Shown here: one piece after another, positions 9,128 to 17,973 of the stretch
Layout: every line of letters begins with the position of its first letter
How positions within the stretch are numbered: the stretch's first letter is position 1
IMG/VR virus record: IMGVR_UViG_3300024270_000002
Reading direction: 5' to 3' (one strand)
Source of the DNA: a virus
Taxonomy: Duplodnaviria; Caudoviricetes
DNA: 64,000 bases
Program-made: the position numbers and the translations under genes
Notes under the pieces: model-generated
Told to the model about the DNA's origin: nothing
Databases searched by the model: none
The model's input: the letters and a program-made list of their open reading frames with translations, nothing else

Positions 9128-10162
9128 TTGGGTAGCTTAGTTGAAGTGCATCGCCCGCGTATGAAAAAAGCCGAGTATGAAGCACTTAAAAAGAATTTAG
9201 ACAGAGAGTATTTCTATGATTTCTATTTACATAACTGTAATGATTATGTATGCACAGAGTTTAATATTAACCTTAGTACTTTGTACAGGCTAATTAAAGA
9301 TTTTGGAATTGAGCTTACTAAAGATCAGTTAAAGTATAGAAATAAAATTGCAAGTGAGCAAAAATGCATTGAAACATTTGGGGTCAAAAATCCTTTCGGG
9401 GCAGAAGAGGTTAAAGCTAAAATACGAGATACTAACTTAAGTAGATACGGTGCTGAAAATCCTTTTGCTTCAGAAGAGATAAAAGATAAAATAAAGCAGA
9501 CACATTTAGATAAATACGGAGTAGAGTATATTTCGCAAAGTGCGGAGATTAAACAAAAAGTTGAAGAGACCTGTCTAAAACGATATGGCGCTGTTAAGTA
9601 TTCAAAAACAAACGAATGCAAAGAAAAAACTAAACAAGCGATTTTAGATAAATATGGTGTATACAGCACAACACTCTTGCCGGAAGTACAAACAAAGAGG
9701 GTTCAGACGAATATAGAACGGTATGGTGTTGATTGCTTTTTTAAAACTCTTGATTTTCATAAAAAAGCATATAAACATTATATCTACAATGACCAGTCAT
9801 TTGATAGCTTGCCTGAGTTGGCTGTATGGATATATTGTATTGACAACGGTATTGAAGTAAAAAGAAACCCGTGTTATTTTGATTATAACTTTGAAGGAAA
9901 AAATCACAGGTATTTTCCTGACTTTGAGATTAACGGTCAACTAGTAGAGATAAAGGGTGATCACTTCTTCAAAGAAAACGGTACAATGCAAAATCCTTTT
10001 GACAATAGCCAGGATGCACTATATGAGGCAAAGCATCAATGTGGTTTACAAAATAACGTGCAGTTTTGGCGCTCTGCTGAATATGAAAAATATTTGCAAT
10101 ACTTTATTGAAAATTATGACGTAGCTGATTATGTATTTAAAAAGAACAATGAGGTAATCTAA
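9128..10162 (+). CDS. Free-standing homing-endonuclease-like protein: (K/R)YGV-type repeats + C-terminal PD-(D/E)xK domain
   Basis: Six ~23-aa repeats (TFGV, RYGA, KYGV, RYGA, KYGV, RYGV); YFPDF...VEIKG; likely TTG start 9128 after AAGGAG. Confidence 0.7.
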   Translation: MGSLVEVHRPRMKKAEYEALKKNLDREYFYDFYLHNCNDYVCTEFNINLSTLYRLIKDFGIELTKDQLKYRNKIASEQKCIETFGVKNPFGAEEVKAKIRDTNLSRYGAENPFASEEIKDKIKQTHLDKYGVEYISQSAEIKQKVEETCLKRYGAVKYSKTNECKEKTKQAILDKYGVYSTTLLPEVQTKRVQTNIERYGVDCFFKTLDFHKKAYKHYIYNDQSFDSLPELAVWIYCIDNGIEVKRNPCYFDYNFEGKNHRYFPDFEINGQLVEIKGDHFFKENGTMQNPFDNSQDALYEAKHQCGLQNNVQFWRSAEYEKYLQYFIENYDVADYVFKKNNEVI

Positions 10163-10545
10163 TGGCATTAGGACTTAAACAAAGAGAAAAAGAAGGGTCA
10201 AAGCCGCTTCCGACAAGACACTTCTCAAAATTACAGGAAAATGCTGTAGCAAAAGCAATTGGTGGCCAGCGTACGCCTAACAGTGGTGCCACTACTTGGG
10301 TTAAGTCTGATGTTTTATCAGATAAATTTGCTATAGAGTGTAAGACTAAAACTTCCGCTTCTGAGTCTATTAGCATTAAAAAAGAATGGTTCACCAAACA
10401 AAAACAGGAAGCAGCTTTTATGGGAAAGCCTTATAGTGCGGTAGTTTTTAACTTCGGTCCCGATGAAGAAAATCATTATATTATTGATGAATATCTATTT
10501 CAGTTTTTAAAAGAAAAACTCGATGAGCTGGAGGAAACAATATGA
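10162..10545 (+). CDS. Small PD-(D/E)xK nuclease, Hjc-like resolvase
   Basis: QE...NSGA...KSDV...IECKT. Confidence 0.65.
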   Translation: MALGLKQREKEGSKPLPTRHFSKLQENAVAKAIGGQRTPNSGATTWVKSDVLSDKFAIECKTKTSASESISIKKEWFTKQKQEAAFMGKPYSAVVFNFGPDEENHYIIDEYLFQFLKEKLDELEETI

Positions 10546-10706
10546 AAACTATCTACTATGCTTTTGTTAAAACTCTCGAAGTTCCAGACGACGTAACGGA
10601 AGAAGAACTTGACTACCTTGTCTTTAATAAGACGTTTGAAGAAAATGATGAACAGCCTGCTAATTACATCTGGTCGGAGAAGCCAAATCTGTTTTGGGAG
10701 GACTAA
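10542..10706 (+). CDS. Small hypothetical protein (54 aa; not in ORF track)
   Basis: GGAGG RBS, ATGA overlap with upstream stop; MKTIYYAFVKTLEV...LFWED. Confidence 0.7.
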   Translation: MKTIYYAFVKTLEVPDDVTEEELDYLVFNKTFEENDEQPANYIWSEKPNLFWED

Positions 10707-10708
10707 CA

Positions 10709-10909
10709 ATGGATACTAAAGATTATAGAATTATTATGACTGTTGCCTCAAATATTGCACAGAAAACTTATTGTAACGGTGAAGTTTGTTACTTGCTAGA
10801 TCTTAAACAGTTTATCAACGCAATAGATAATATTTATCCTGATATTTGTATTCCGGTGTCTCGCAATGGTGTAGTCTTAAATCCTGGCGTCGAGGAGCAC
10901 GAAGAATGA
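10709..10909 (+). CDS. Hypothetical protein
   Basis: GGAGG RBS before ATG 10709; tight gene packing. Confidence 0.65.
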   Translation: MDTKDYRIIMTVASNIAQKTYCNGEVCYLLDLKQFINAIDNIYPDICIPVSRNGVVLNPGVEEHEE

Positions 10910-11271
10910 TTAGACCAATTATAAAAGAACAACTTGAAAAATGTCAGTTTGCTGACTTAAATAACTTTGACCCAAATACAAATACTTTTTATATTAAAAA
11001 ATACTCTAAGCCTACATATGAGATTAATCATTGTTATTTAGTTAAGCTTCCTTTGAATATTGTTAATGTCACTGATTCTGTTTTAGCCGTTAACTGGAAT
11101 AACGGAACTTGTCCTAAAACTCAATATCTAAAAATCTATATTTCTAAAGCACTCGGCACGATGATTTATGTAGACAGCATTGGTTTTGATTTTGATACCA
11201 AACAGGATCTTAATATGATGTGGTCTGGCTGGCTTGATAGTACGCAGTTAACTCAGATTTCTGCACTTTAA
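10906..11271 (+). CDS. Hypothetical protein
   Basis: GAGGAG RBS, ATGA overlap; start 10906 rather than 10846. Confidence 0.7.
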   Translation: MIRPIIKEQLEKCQFADLNNFDPNTNTFYIKKYSKPTYEINHCYLVKLPLNIVNVTDSVLAVNWNNGTCPKTQYLKIYISKALGTMIYVDSIGFDFDTKQDLNMMWSGWLDSTQLTQISAL

Positions 11272-11274
11272 AAT

Positions 11275-11304
11275 AAGAGGACCTACCAAAATAGGTCCTC
11301 TTTT
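11275..11304 (+). terminator. Intrinsic terminator
   Basis: AAGAGGACCTA-CCAAAA-TAGGTCCTCTTTT. Confidence 0.85.
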
Positions 11305-11351
11305 ATTGTATAATATAATATATAAAAATATCTAAAAGAGGAAATGATACA

Positions 11352-12386
11352 ATGAAAAGTTTGGCTGTAAAATATCGTCCTACTACTTTTGAAACTGTTG
11401 CTGGACAAAATGTAACTACAAGAATTCTTAATAAAGTATTGGAAAAGCAGGCTTTCAAGAATGCTTATCTTTTTGCGGGCCCTTCTGGATGTGGCAAAAC
11501 AACTTGTGCCCGTATTTTTGCTAATGCTATTAATGGAGGAATTGGTGAGCCTACGGAAATTGACGGAGCATCGAATAACGGAGTTGACCAGGTTAGAGCT
11601 ATCGTAGAGTCAGCTAATCAGAGAAGCCTTGTTGGCAATTATAAGATTTATATTATTGACGAGTGCCATATGATTACTTCCGCTGGTTGGAATGCTTTCT
11701 TGAAAGGACTTGAGGATTGTCCTGAATATACTATCTTTATCTTCTGTACTACAGAGCCTAATAAGATTCCTGTAACTATTCAGAACAGAATGCAGCGTTT
11801 TAATATTGCTAAGATTAGTGCTCAAGAAATCAAAGATAGACTCTTTTATGTTTGCCAGCAGGAAGGTTTTACTAACTATAAAGATACTTGTGAGCTTATT
11901 AGTAAGCTCTGTGATGGCTGTATGAGAGAAGCCCTTACAATGCTTGACCAGTGTGCTGACTTGTCTAATGATCTCAGCCTTGAAAATACCAAAGCAGTTC
12001 TCGGTGAGGCACCTTTTGAAAGAATGCTTAAGCTTACCAATTGTCTGATTGGTCATAATGAGCAGTTCACTCTTGTAGCTATTGAAACTCTCGCTCAGGA
12101 AGGTAAGGACCTTAAGCAGTTTGTAAACGAGTATCTTAGCTTTACTCTTGAGCTTACTAAGTATATCTTGTTCCAAAACATCGCCACAACAAATATTCCT
12201 GCTTATCTTGAGAACTCTGTTGACCCTATGATTAGTGTAAGGGCGACCACTTCTTTTGAGAATGCTTTAGGCTGGTTTAATAACCTTACTACTAAGCTTC
12301 TTGAGGTTAAGAATGCTATCAAATATGATACTTCAGTAAAGGCAGTTGTAGAAGCATATTTTCTTAACATTTGCCGCGGAATTTAA
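11352..12386 (+). CDS. dnaX: Clamp loader ATPase, DnaX (gamma-length)
   Basis: LAVKYRP, GPSGCGKTT, EIDGASNNGVD, IIDECHM, NAFLK, GCMREA. Confidence 0.92.
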   Translation: MKSLAVKYRPTTFETVAGQNVTTRILNKVLEKQAFKNAYLFAGPSGCGKTTCARIFANAINGGIGEPTEIDGASNNGVDQVRAIVESANQRSLVGNYKIYIIDECHMITSAGWNAFLKGLEDCPEYTIFIFCTTEPNKIPVTIQNRMQRFNIAKISAQEIKDRLFYVCQQEGFTNYKDTCELISKLCDGCMREALTMLDQCADLSNDLSLENTKAVLGEAPFERMLKLTNCLIGHNEQFTLVAIETLAQEGKDLKQFVNEYLSFTLELTKYILFQNIATTNIPAYLENSVDPMISVRATTSFENALGWFNNLTTKLLEVKNAIKYDTSVKAVVEAYFLNICRGI

Positions 12387-12401
12387 GTTTAGGAGGTCTG
12401 T

Positions 12402-13187
12402 ATGAATATTATTGGACAAACTAAACTACTCTCTAAAATAAATGCAATGGAGTACCTGCCTAAAACTTTAATGTTTCTCGGCACTGTAGGCTGTGGTAAA
12501 CATACAATCGCCAAGTATACTGCCGAGAGGTTTGGGCTTGACTTTGTAGAAATCGAAGAGTCTGTATCTGCCCAGGACCTTGAGGATTACACACATAAAA
12601 CTCTTGATACTCTTTATCTAATTAACTTAAATAAATTTACTGAAAAGCAACAAAACCAGTTCCTTAAGTTTATTGAAGAGCCTTCAAAGTCTGTTTACAT
12701 TATCTTAATTGCGAACTCTGAGGCGGGCATTCTTAATACTATTCTCAATAGAAGTATTAAATATCATCTTGAGCCTTACACAAAAGAGCAGATTGAGCAG
12801 ATTACTAATACAACAGTTAATGAGCTTGCTTTTAATATTTTTCAGACGCCAGGAAAGTTACTTAATTTAACAGAGCCGAGTTTTAATGATGTTATGGGTT
12901 TAGCGAATACAGTTGTGCACAGCATTAATAGAGCAACGTATCCGAATGCTCTTGTAGTGTCTACAAAAATCAATTACAAGGATCTGTATAATAAAATTGA
13001 TTTTGATCTGTTTTTTGATGCAGTTGAGTACCTTGCATTAGAAGATTACGTAAATAATAAAACCGAGCAGAGCCTTACAGTATTTAAAACAACAAATCAG
13101 TTTAAGCAATATGCCACGCAGCAGAATTTGATTAAAGAAATTCTGATGATAAACTATCTTACTACACTTTGGGAGGCCGTACAATGA
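12402..13187 (+). CDS. holB: Clamp loader delta-prime-like subunit
   Basis: IIGQ, GTVGCGK, QNQFLKFIEEP, ILNTILNRS. Confidence 0.75.
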   Translation: MNIIGQTKLLSKINAMEYLPKTLMFLGTVGCGKHTIAKYTAERFGLDFVEIEESVSAQDLEDYTHKTLDTLYLINLNKFTEKQQNQFLKFIEEPSKSVYIILIANSEAGILNTILNRSIKYHLEPYTKEQIEQITNTTVNELAFNIFQTPGKLLNLTEPSFNDVMGLANTVVHSINRATYPNALVVSTKINYKDLYNKIDFDLFFDAVEYLALEDYVNNKTEQSLTVFKTTNQFKQYATQQNLIKEILMINYLTTLWEAVQ

Positions 13188-14101
13188 CTTTAATGGAGCT
13201 TAAAAAATTTATTACTGACAAAATTGTACCGTCAGACTTTATGATTTTTGTTAGTAAGGATTGCCCGTTCCTGGCTTCTCAGTATGTAAAGGCTCTCGGA
13301 GATTTATCTATCAGCGGCATAAATAAAATCTCTAGTATTTATGAGCCTTTGCAGTCTTCTATTATGCTTCTTACTAACACTGAAGGAGCTCTTAATGTTT
13401 TGTATACTGATACTTTTGATGAGCGATCAGAAGATTATAGTCAGTTTGAAAATACTATCGTAGTATGTGAGCAGGTATCAAAAGATATTGCTAAAAATGT
13501 GGAAAATTATATTATTAAGTTTCCTAAGCTCACTGACTGGCAGATTTGTGATTATGCTAAAACTCTTTGTCCGCATGTAGAGGAAAGTGAGCTTATGTGG
13601 CTGGTCCAGGCGTCTGACAATAGTATTGAGAGAGTTTTAAACGAACTTGACAAGGTAGCTTTGTTTGGTAAGAACGAGCAGAAGGAAGTGCTTGCTGCTA
13701 TCAGATTTGACCCGCAGACTGACCTGTATAAAGCTGACCTTTTTGATATTGTCAATGCCTTAGTTGAAGGCGATATGCTGACTCTTAATGATTTTATTAA
13801 ACATAACGGCTGGGAAATTCACGAGCCTGTTGTACTTGTAAATAGAGCGTTTAATAGCTTGAAAAATATTATTTTGATTTCTCAAAACGCAAACTTGACC
13901 GCCGAAGACTGTGTAGCATCTGCCGGGCAGTTTAAGTTTATCAAATATAAGTATAAAAGCCTTAATGTGGTCGCAGTAAAGCAGAAGCTTAAGTTTCTTA
14001 CTAATTTTGATTTAATGCTTAAAACGTCACAGCTTGAGCTTAGTAAACGTGACATGATGAGTTATATCATTAATAATATGTATTATAAAATAACTAACTA
14101 A
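13184..14101 (+). CDS. holA: Clamp loader delta-like subunit
   Basis: NELDKVAL, LFDIVNAL, D-x-x-LKT C-terminal motifs; follows holB with ATGA overlap. Confidence 0.65.
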   Translation: MTLMELKKFITDKIVPSDFMIFVSKDCPFLASQYVKALGDLSISGINKISSIYEPLQSSIMLLTNTEGALNVLYTDTFDERSEDYSQFENTIVVCEQVSKDIAKNVENYIIKFPKLTDWQICDYAKTLCPHVEESELMWLVQASDNSIERVLNELDKVALFGKNEQKEVLAAIRFDPQTDLYKADLFDIVNALVEGDMLTLNDFIKHNGWEIHEPVVLVNRAFNSLKNIILISQNANLTAEDCVASAGQFKFIKYKYKSLNVVAVKQKLKFLTNFDLMLKTSQLELSKRDMMSYIINNMYYKITN

Positions 14102-14110
14102 GGAGGGCCT

Positions 14111-15067
14111 ATGGAAGAAACAGAACAGAAAGTTTTAGACAGGTACTCCTACTCTAAAATTAGTACGTACAAGCAATGTAAATTTAAATTTAAGCTAAAG
14201 TATTTAGATAAAAATTATTTATTTAGTGCTAATATCGCTACTGACTTCGGTAGTTTGGTGCACGCTATCGAAGAAGATATCGCAACTGCACTTCAGGCTG
14301 GCCAACCAGTTAATTATATTGCACTCAAAAATAAGTTTATTATTGAGTGCAGAAAACTCGCCATGAAGTATCCAACTGAATTTTTTATGCCGGATAAGTC
14401 CGATAGAACATACCGCGAAAAAATGTATCTCTATCTTGATTCTGCAATCTACAGACTTGAAAACTTTCTTAAACAAAATCCTAGCTTAAGAATTGTCGGA
14501 ATTGAGCAGAAGTTTGAGTATGACTACGACGGTGTACACTCATTTAACGGGTCTATCGACCGCGCTTTTATAAATATTGAAACCGACGAGCTTTTAATTC
14601 AAGATATAAAAACTTGGAGTGTGCCGGCACAAAACAACGAGTTAAAAGCACCACTTCAGTTTGCAGTCTATATGATGGCGGCTCAAAATATTTGGGGAGC
14701 AGACTTATCCAAAATTAAATGTGAATACGACCTTCCTTTATGTGATATTACTCAGCCTGCTTTATCTGATAATATTGTCGAAGAAGGCAGAGTAGTATTA
14801 GATAAACTTTTTAAAGGAATTCATGACGATGACTTTAGGCCAACTATCTCGGCTCTTTGTCATTGGTGTGAATATAACCCATTAACAAACCCAAGTATCC
14901 TTGAAACCAAGCCCGAAGCAATTTGCCCATACTTTAGCACTTGGCAAAAGTCTGGGGATAATGTACGTGATACCTTGATGACTTGGCAGGGCCTTGATTC
15001 TGTGGCAGTTGATAGGCAATTTTGTATTAGCCAATTAAAGCAGCAAGGTCTTAATAATGCTAAATAA
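14111..15067 (+). CDS. Cas4/AddB-like PD-(D/E)xK exonuclease with four Cys (possible Fe-S cluster)
   Basis: SYSKI..YKQC, GSLVH, GSIDR, DIKT, QFAVY, CHWC...CPY. Confidence 0.8.
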   Translation: MEETEQKVLDRYSYSKISTYKQCKFKFKLKYLDKNYLFSANIATDFGSLVHAIEEDIATALQAGQPVNYIALKNKFIIECRKLAMKYPTEFFMPDKSDRTYREKMYLYLDSAIYRLENFLKQNPSLRIVGIEQKFEYDYDGVHSFNGSIDRAFINIETDELLIQDIKTWSVPAQNNELKAPLQFAVYMMAAQNIWGADLSKIKCEYDLPLCDITQPALSDNIVEEGRVVLDKLFKGIHDDDFRPTISALCHWCEYNPLTNPSILETKPEAICPYFSTWQKSGDNVRDTLMTWQGLDSVAVDRQFCISQLKQQGLNNAK

Positions 15068-15108
15068 ATATCGTATATTATTATATAAAATAAACTAGGA
15101 GACTTTAA

Positions 15109-15915
15109 ATGAATTATCAAGTTGATGTAATTATAATTGGTGATAGCAAGAGCGGACATGAAATGTTAGATAAACTTGCTTCAAGTAAACCAAAGGTCAG
15201 GTTTGCTTTTGTCAGTCAAACTTTTAAGAGTACCACTACTCATGATTATAATAGTGTTAAATACTTTCGTGATGAAGTAGTTTACACTAGTTATAGACAT
15301 AGACTCTTTAGTTGTTATCTTAAAAATGGTGATATTATTTTTGGCACTCATATGATTATTGCCTCAGGCATAAATTATGAACCTCTAATGTTAAATAATG
15401 AACTTGTACCGTGTGTGTTTAATACTTTAGACGATTTGCCAAAAACAGCAAAAGACCAGCCTGCAGTTGTGGTAGCTAATCAGGTATCTGACTTTAAGTT
15501 TGCATTAGATGTTGCTAAAAAGTATAAGCAAGTGTATTTATGCACCGGAAATATTAGTCTTGGTGAAATTACAGAAGCTACCAATAAGAAGCTTACAAAG
15601 ATAGATAATCTTGTTGTGCTTCCAAATACTTCTATACAAAAGGCTATTTCTGAAAATAAAGCACTTAAGAAAATTGAGTTAGATAACTATTCCACTGTTA
15701 ATTGTTCCGCAATTTTTGTTAAAACTGCTACAAAGCCTGCTACTGATTTTATTCCAAAAAAACTCATGCTAAGAGATAACCTTGGATATTTAACTGTATC
15801 AGATACTTCTGAATCAACACTCGTACCAAAATGTTTTGCTATTGGTAATTGCGTCAAGAAGTACACAAAAGCTATCGAACAAAAAGTTATTGATGCAATT
15901 TTAAAAGATTTTTAA
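15109..15915 (+). CDS. Thioredoxin-reductase-fold protein with degenerate FAD/NADPH/CxxC motifs
   Basis: DVIIIGDSKSG, IIASG, ESTLVPKCFAIGNC follow the TrxB layout; no CxxC. Confidence 0.65.
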   Translation: MNYQVDVIIIGDSKSGHEMLDKLASSKPKVRFAFVSQTFKSTTTHDYNSVKYFRDEVVYTSYRHRLFSCYLKNGDIIFGTHMIIASGINYEPLMLNNELVPCVFNTLDDLPKTAKDQPAVVVANQVSDFKFALDVAKKYKQVYLCTGNISLGEITEATNKKLTKIDNLVVLPNTSIQKAISENKALKKIELDNYSTVNCSAIFVKTATKPATDFIPKKLMLRDNLGYLTVSDTSESTLVPKCFAIGNCVKKYTKAIEQKVIDAILKDF

Positions 15916-15927
15916 TTTGGAGGATAT

Positions 15928-16500
15928 ATGCTGACACTTGAACAAAAGAATAATAATGAAATCAAGTTCATAGAGCTGCTTGCTAAACTTAATATCGATC
16001 TTACTGAAGTTACGAAACTACTTGATGAAATCGATTATTTTAATAAGCCTGCAACGACTCAGTATGTAGGGGCTTATCCAGGTGGACTCTGTGAGTATGC
16101 TCTACGATTTGCTCACGAGCTTGGTATTTTGTGTAACGCATATTTTCCAGGCAAGTATTCAGAGGAAGACGTTATTAAAGTAGCATTCTTCAAAGATATC
16201 TACAAGGCTACGATGTATGAAGCCTATATGAAAAATGTTAAGGACGATACGACTGGACAATGGGTCACTGTGCCTGCCTATAAGACTAAGGAAGATTTTA
16301 ATCGTCCTGTTTACGGAGACCTTGGTTTTAGCTCTTATATGCAAATCAAAGACATTGTACCACTTAGTACTGAACAAGTTGAAGCAATCGTGTATTCGCG
16401 TATTTCTGACTTCGCACCCGATATTCATGCAGTGTTTAGAAGTTACCCGCTAGTAACTCTTACAAGAATGGCGGAGATGGCAGCTTTATATATTAACTGA
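15928..16500 (+). CDS. HD-domain-like protein lacking metal-binding histidines
   Basis: PATTQYVGAYPGGLCEY and AFFKDIYK align to PAS..HHxxxGGLxEH and ALLHDxxK. Confidence 0.6.
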   Translation: MLTLEQKNNNEIKFIELLAKLNIDLTEVTKLLDEIDYFNKPATTQYVGAYPGGLCEYALRFAHELGILCNAYFPGKYSEEDVIKVAFFKDIYKATMYEAYMKNVKDDTTGQWVTVPAYKTKEDFNRPVYGDLGFSSYMQIKDIVPLSTEQVEAIVYSRISDFAPDIHAVFRSYPLVTLTRMAEMAALYIN

Positions 16501-16504
16501 AAAT

Positions 16505-16529
16505 AAGCGGCTTTAAATGGCCGCTTTTT
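16505..16529 (+). terminator. Intrinsic terminator
   Basis: AAGCGGCT...GGCCGCTTTTT. Confidence 0.75.
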
Positions 16530-16587
16530 CTATTTATTTATTGTATAATATAAAGTATAGTAAAATAATTTGTAAAGGAAATATTAC

Positions 16588-17607
16588 ATGAAAATACTTC
16601 TTTTTGCTGACTTGCACATGTGCCCGAGAGCAAGTATTATAAATAAATGGGGCACGAAATATCCAAGTAGACTTGAAAATTGTATTGAGTCTGTAAACTG
16701 GCTAGAGAGGAAAGCAGAAGAGCTTGGCTGCGATTACATTATTAATCTCGGCGACTTCTTTGATAGACCTGACCTTACCAGTGAAACAATTACTGCATGT
16801 AATGAAATTAAGTGGTCTGATATAATGCATTACCATTTAGTCGGAAACCACGATGCATCAAATAGCTCGCTCACTTTTAATTCTGTAAACTGTTTAAGCG
16901 CTTCAAATCACGTTATCATTTCCGAGCCGACGGTGCTGCCTTACAGTAATATCTGTTTTTTGCCTTATATAACTGAATGTGATAGAAAACCACTAAAAGA
17001 GTACTTTCCAGAAATACCTAATCAGCCACGGATTATTCTTTCACACAATGATATTAGTGGAATTCAGCTCGGTCCAGTAATGTCTAAGACCGGCTTTAGC
17101 CTTGAAGAGATTGAAGCAAACTGTGACTGCTGGATTAATGGGCATCTGCACTCGGGCCAAGCAATTACACCTAAAGTCATTAATCTCGGTAACTTAACTG
17201 GCAAAGATTTTGGAGAGGACGCGCTAAAACACAAGCATAATATTGCAATACTTGATACTAAGGATTTGTCTTTAACTTACATAGAAAATCCTTATGCATA
17301 TAATTTCTATAAACTTCAAATTTACTGTGAAAGTGATATTTACTGCTTAGACCAACTTAAAAATAACGCGGTAGTATCAATTAAATGTGAGCAGTCTTTA
17401 GTAGATGCAGTTAAACAAAAGATAAGCGCTCTTGATAATATTATTGAATCAAGAATAATTTTGGTTAAAAAGTTTGAAGAGCGCTCCGATACTGCTGTAG
17501 AGCTAGACCTTATAGTAGACCATCTCGCACGCTTTATTGAATGTTGTAAAACAAATATTGAAAACTCTTCTTTACTTGACGAAGAGCTTAGTGAAATCTG
17601 TAAGTAA
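16588..17607 (+). CDS. sbcD: SbcD/Mre11/gp47-like nuclease
   Basis: ADLH, GDFFD, GNHD, SH, GHLH metallophosphoesterase motifs. Confidence 0.9.
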   Translation: MKILLFADLHMCPRASIINKWGTKYPSRLENCIESVNWLERKAEELGCDYIINLGDFFDRPDLTSETITACNEIKWSDIMHYHLVGNHDASNSSLTFNSVNCLSASNHVIISEPTVLPYSNICFLPYITECDRKPLKEYFPEIPNQPRIILSHNDISGIQLGPVMSKTGFSLEEIEANCDCWINGHLHSGQAITPKVINLGNLTGKDFGEDALKHKHNIAILDTKDLSLTYIENPYAYNFYKLQIYCESDIYCLDQLKNNAVVSIKCEQSLVDAVKQKISALDNIIESRIILVKKFEERSDTAVELDLIVDHLARFIECCKTNIENSSLLDEELSEICK

Positions 17608-17664
17608 TTATAAAATGCGACTTATACAAAATTATCGTATAATATAATTAGAGGAGATTTCATA

Positions 17665-17973
17665 ATGAACATAAAAACACGGTTGAGAAAAGCTTATATA
17701 AGAAGGCTAGGCTCATTAAATAAAAACTTTTTCAAAGATCCTAATTCTGGCATAAAGATATTTGTTGAGCATCTTAAATTTAAGCGAGATAGTTTAATAA
17801 TTCAATCAAATAATAATAATACTCAGCTCGCTTCACTTATGATGGCGATAGCTGAATTCGAAGCTTTTCAAACAAGTGAGGAAAACAAACAAAAAGAATT
17901 TCATTGGAATAATTTTTGTGATTTTGTTAAATTAAACCAGGAGGAATGGCAAGTACTCAATGATTCAATTTAA
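17665..17973 (+). CDS. Hypothetical protein between sbcD and sbcC
   Basis: GAGGAG RBS; own promoter motif at 17636. Confidence 0.7.
   Translation: MNIKTRLRKAYIRRLGSLNKNFFKDPNSGIKIFVEHLKFKRDSLIIQSNNNNTQLASLMMAIAEFEAFQTSEENKQKEFHWNNFCDFVKLNQEEWQVLNDSI

Noticed and set aside
14111-15067. Cas4-like gene as part of a CRISPR-Cas locus
   Set aside because: No other cas genes or array seen; solo Cas4-like nucleases are common in phage replication modules
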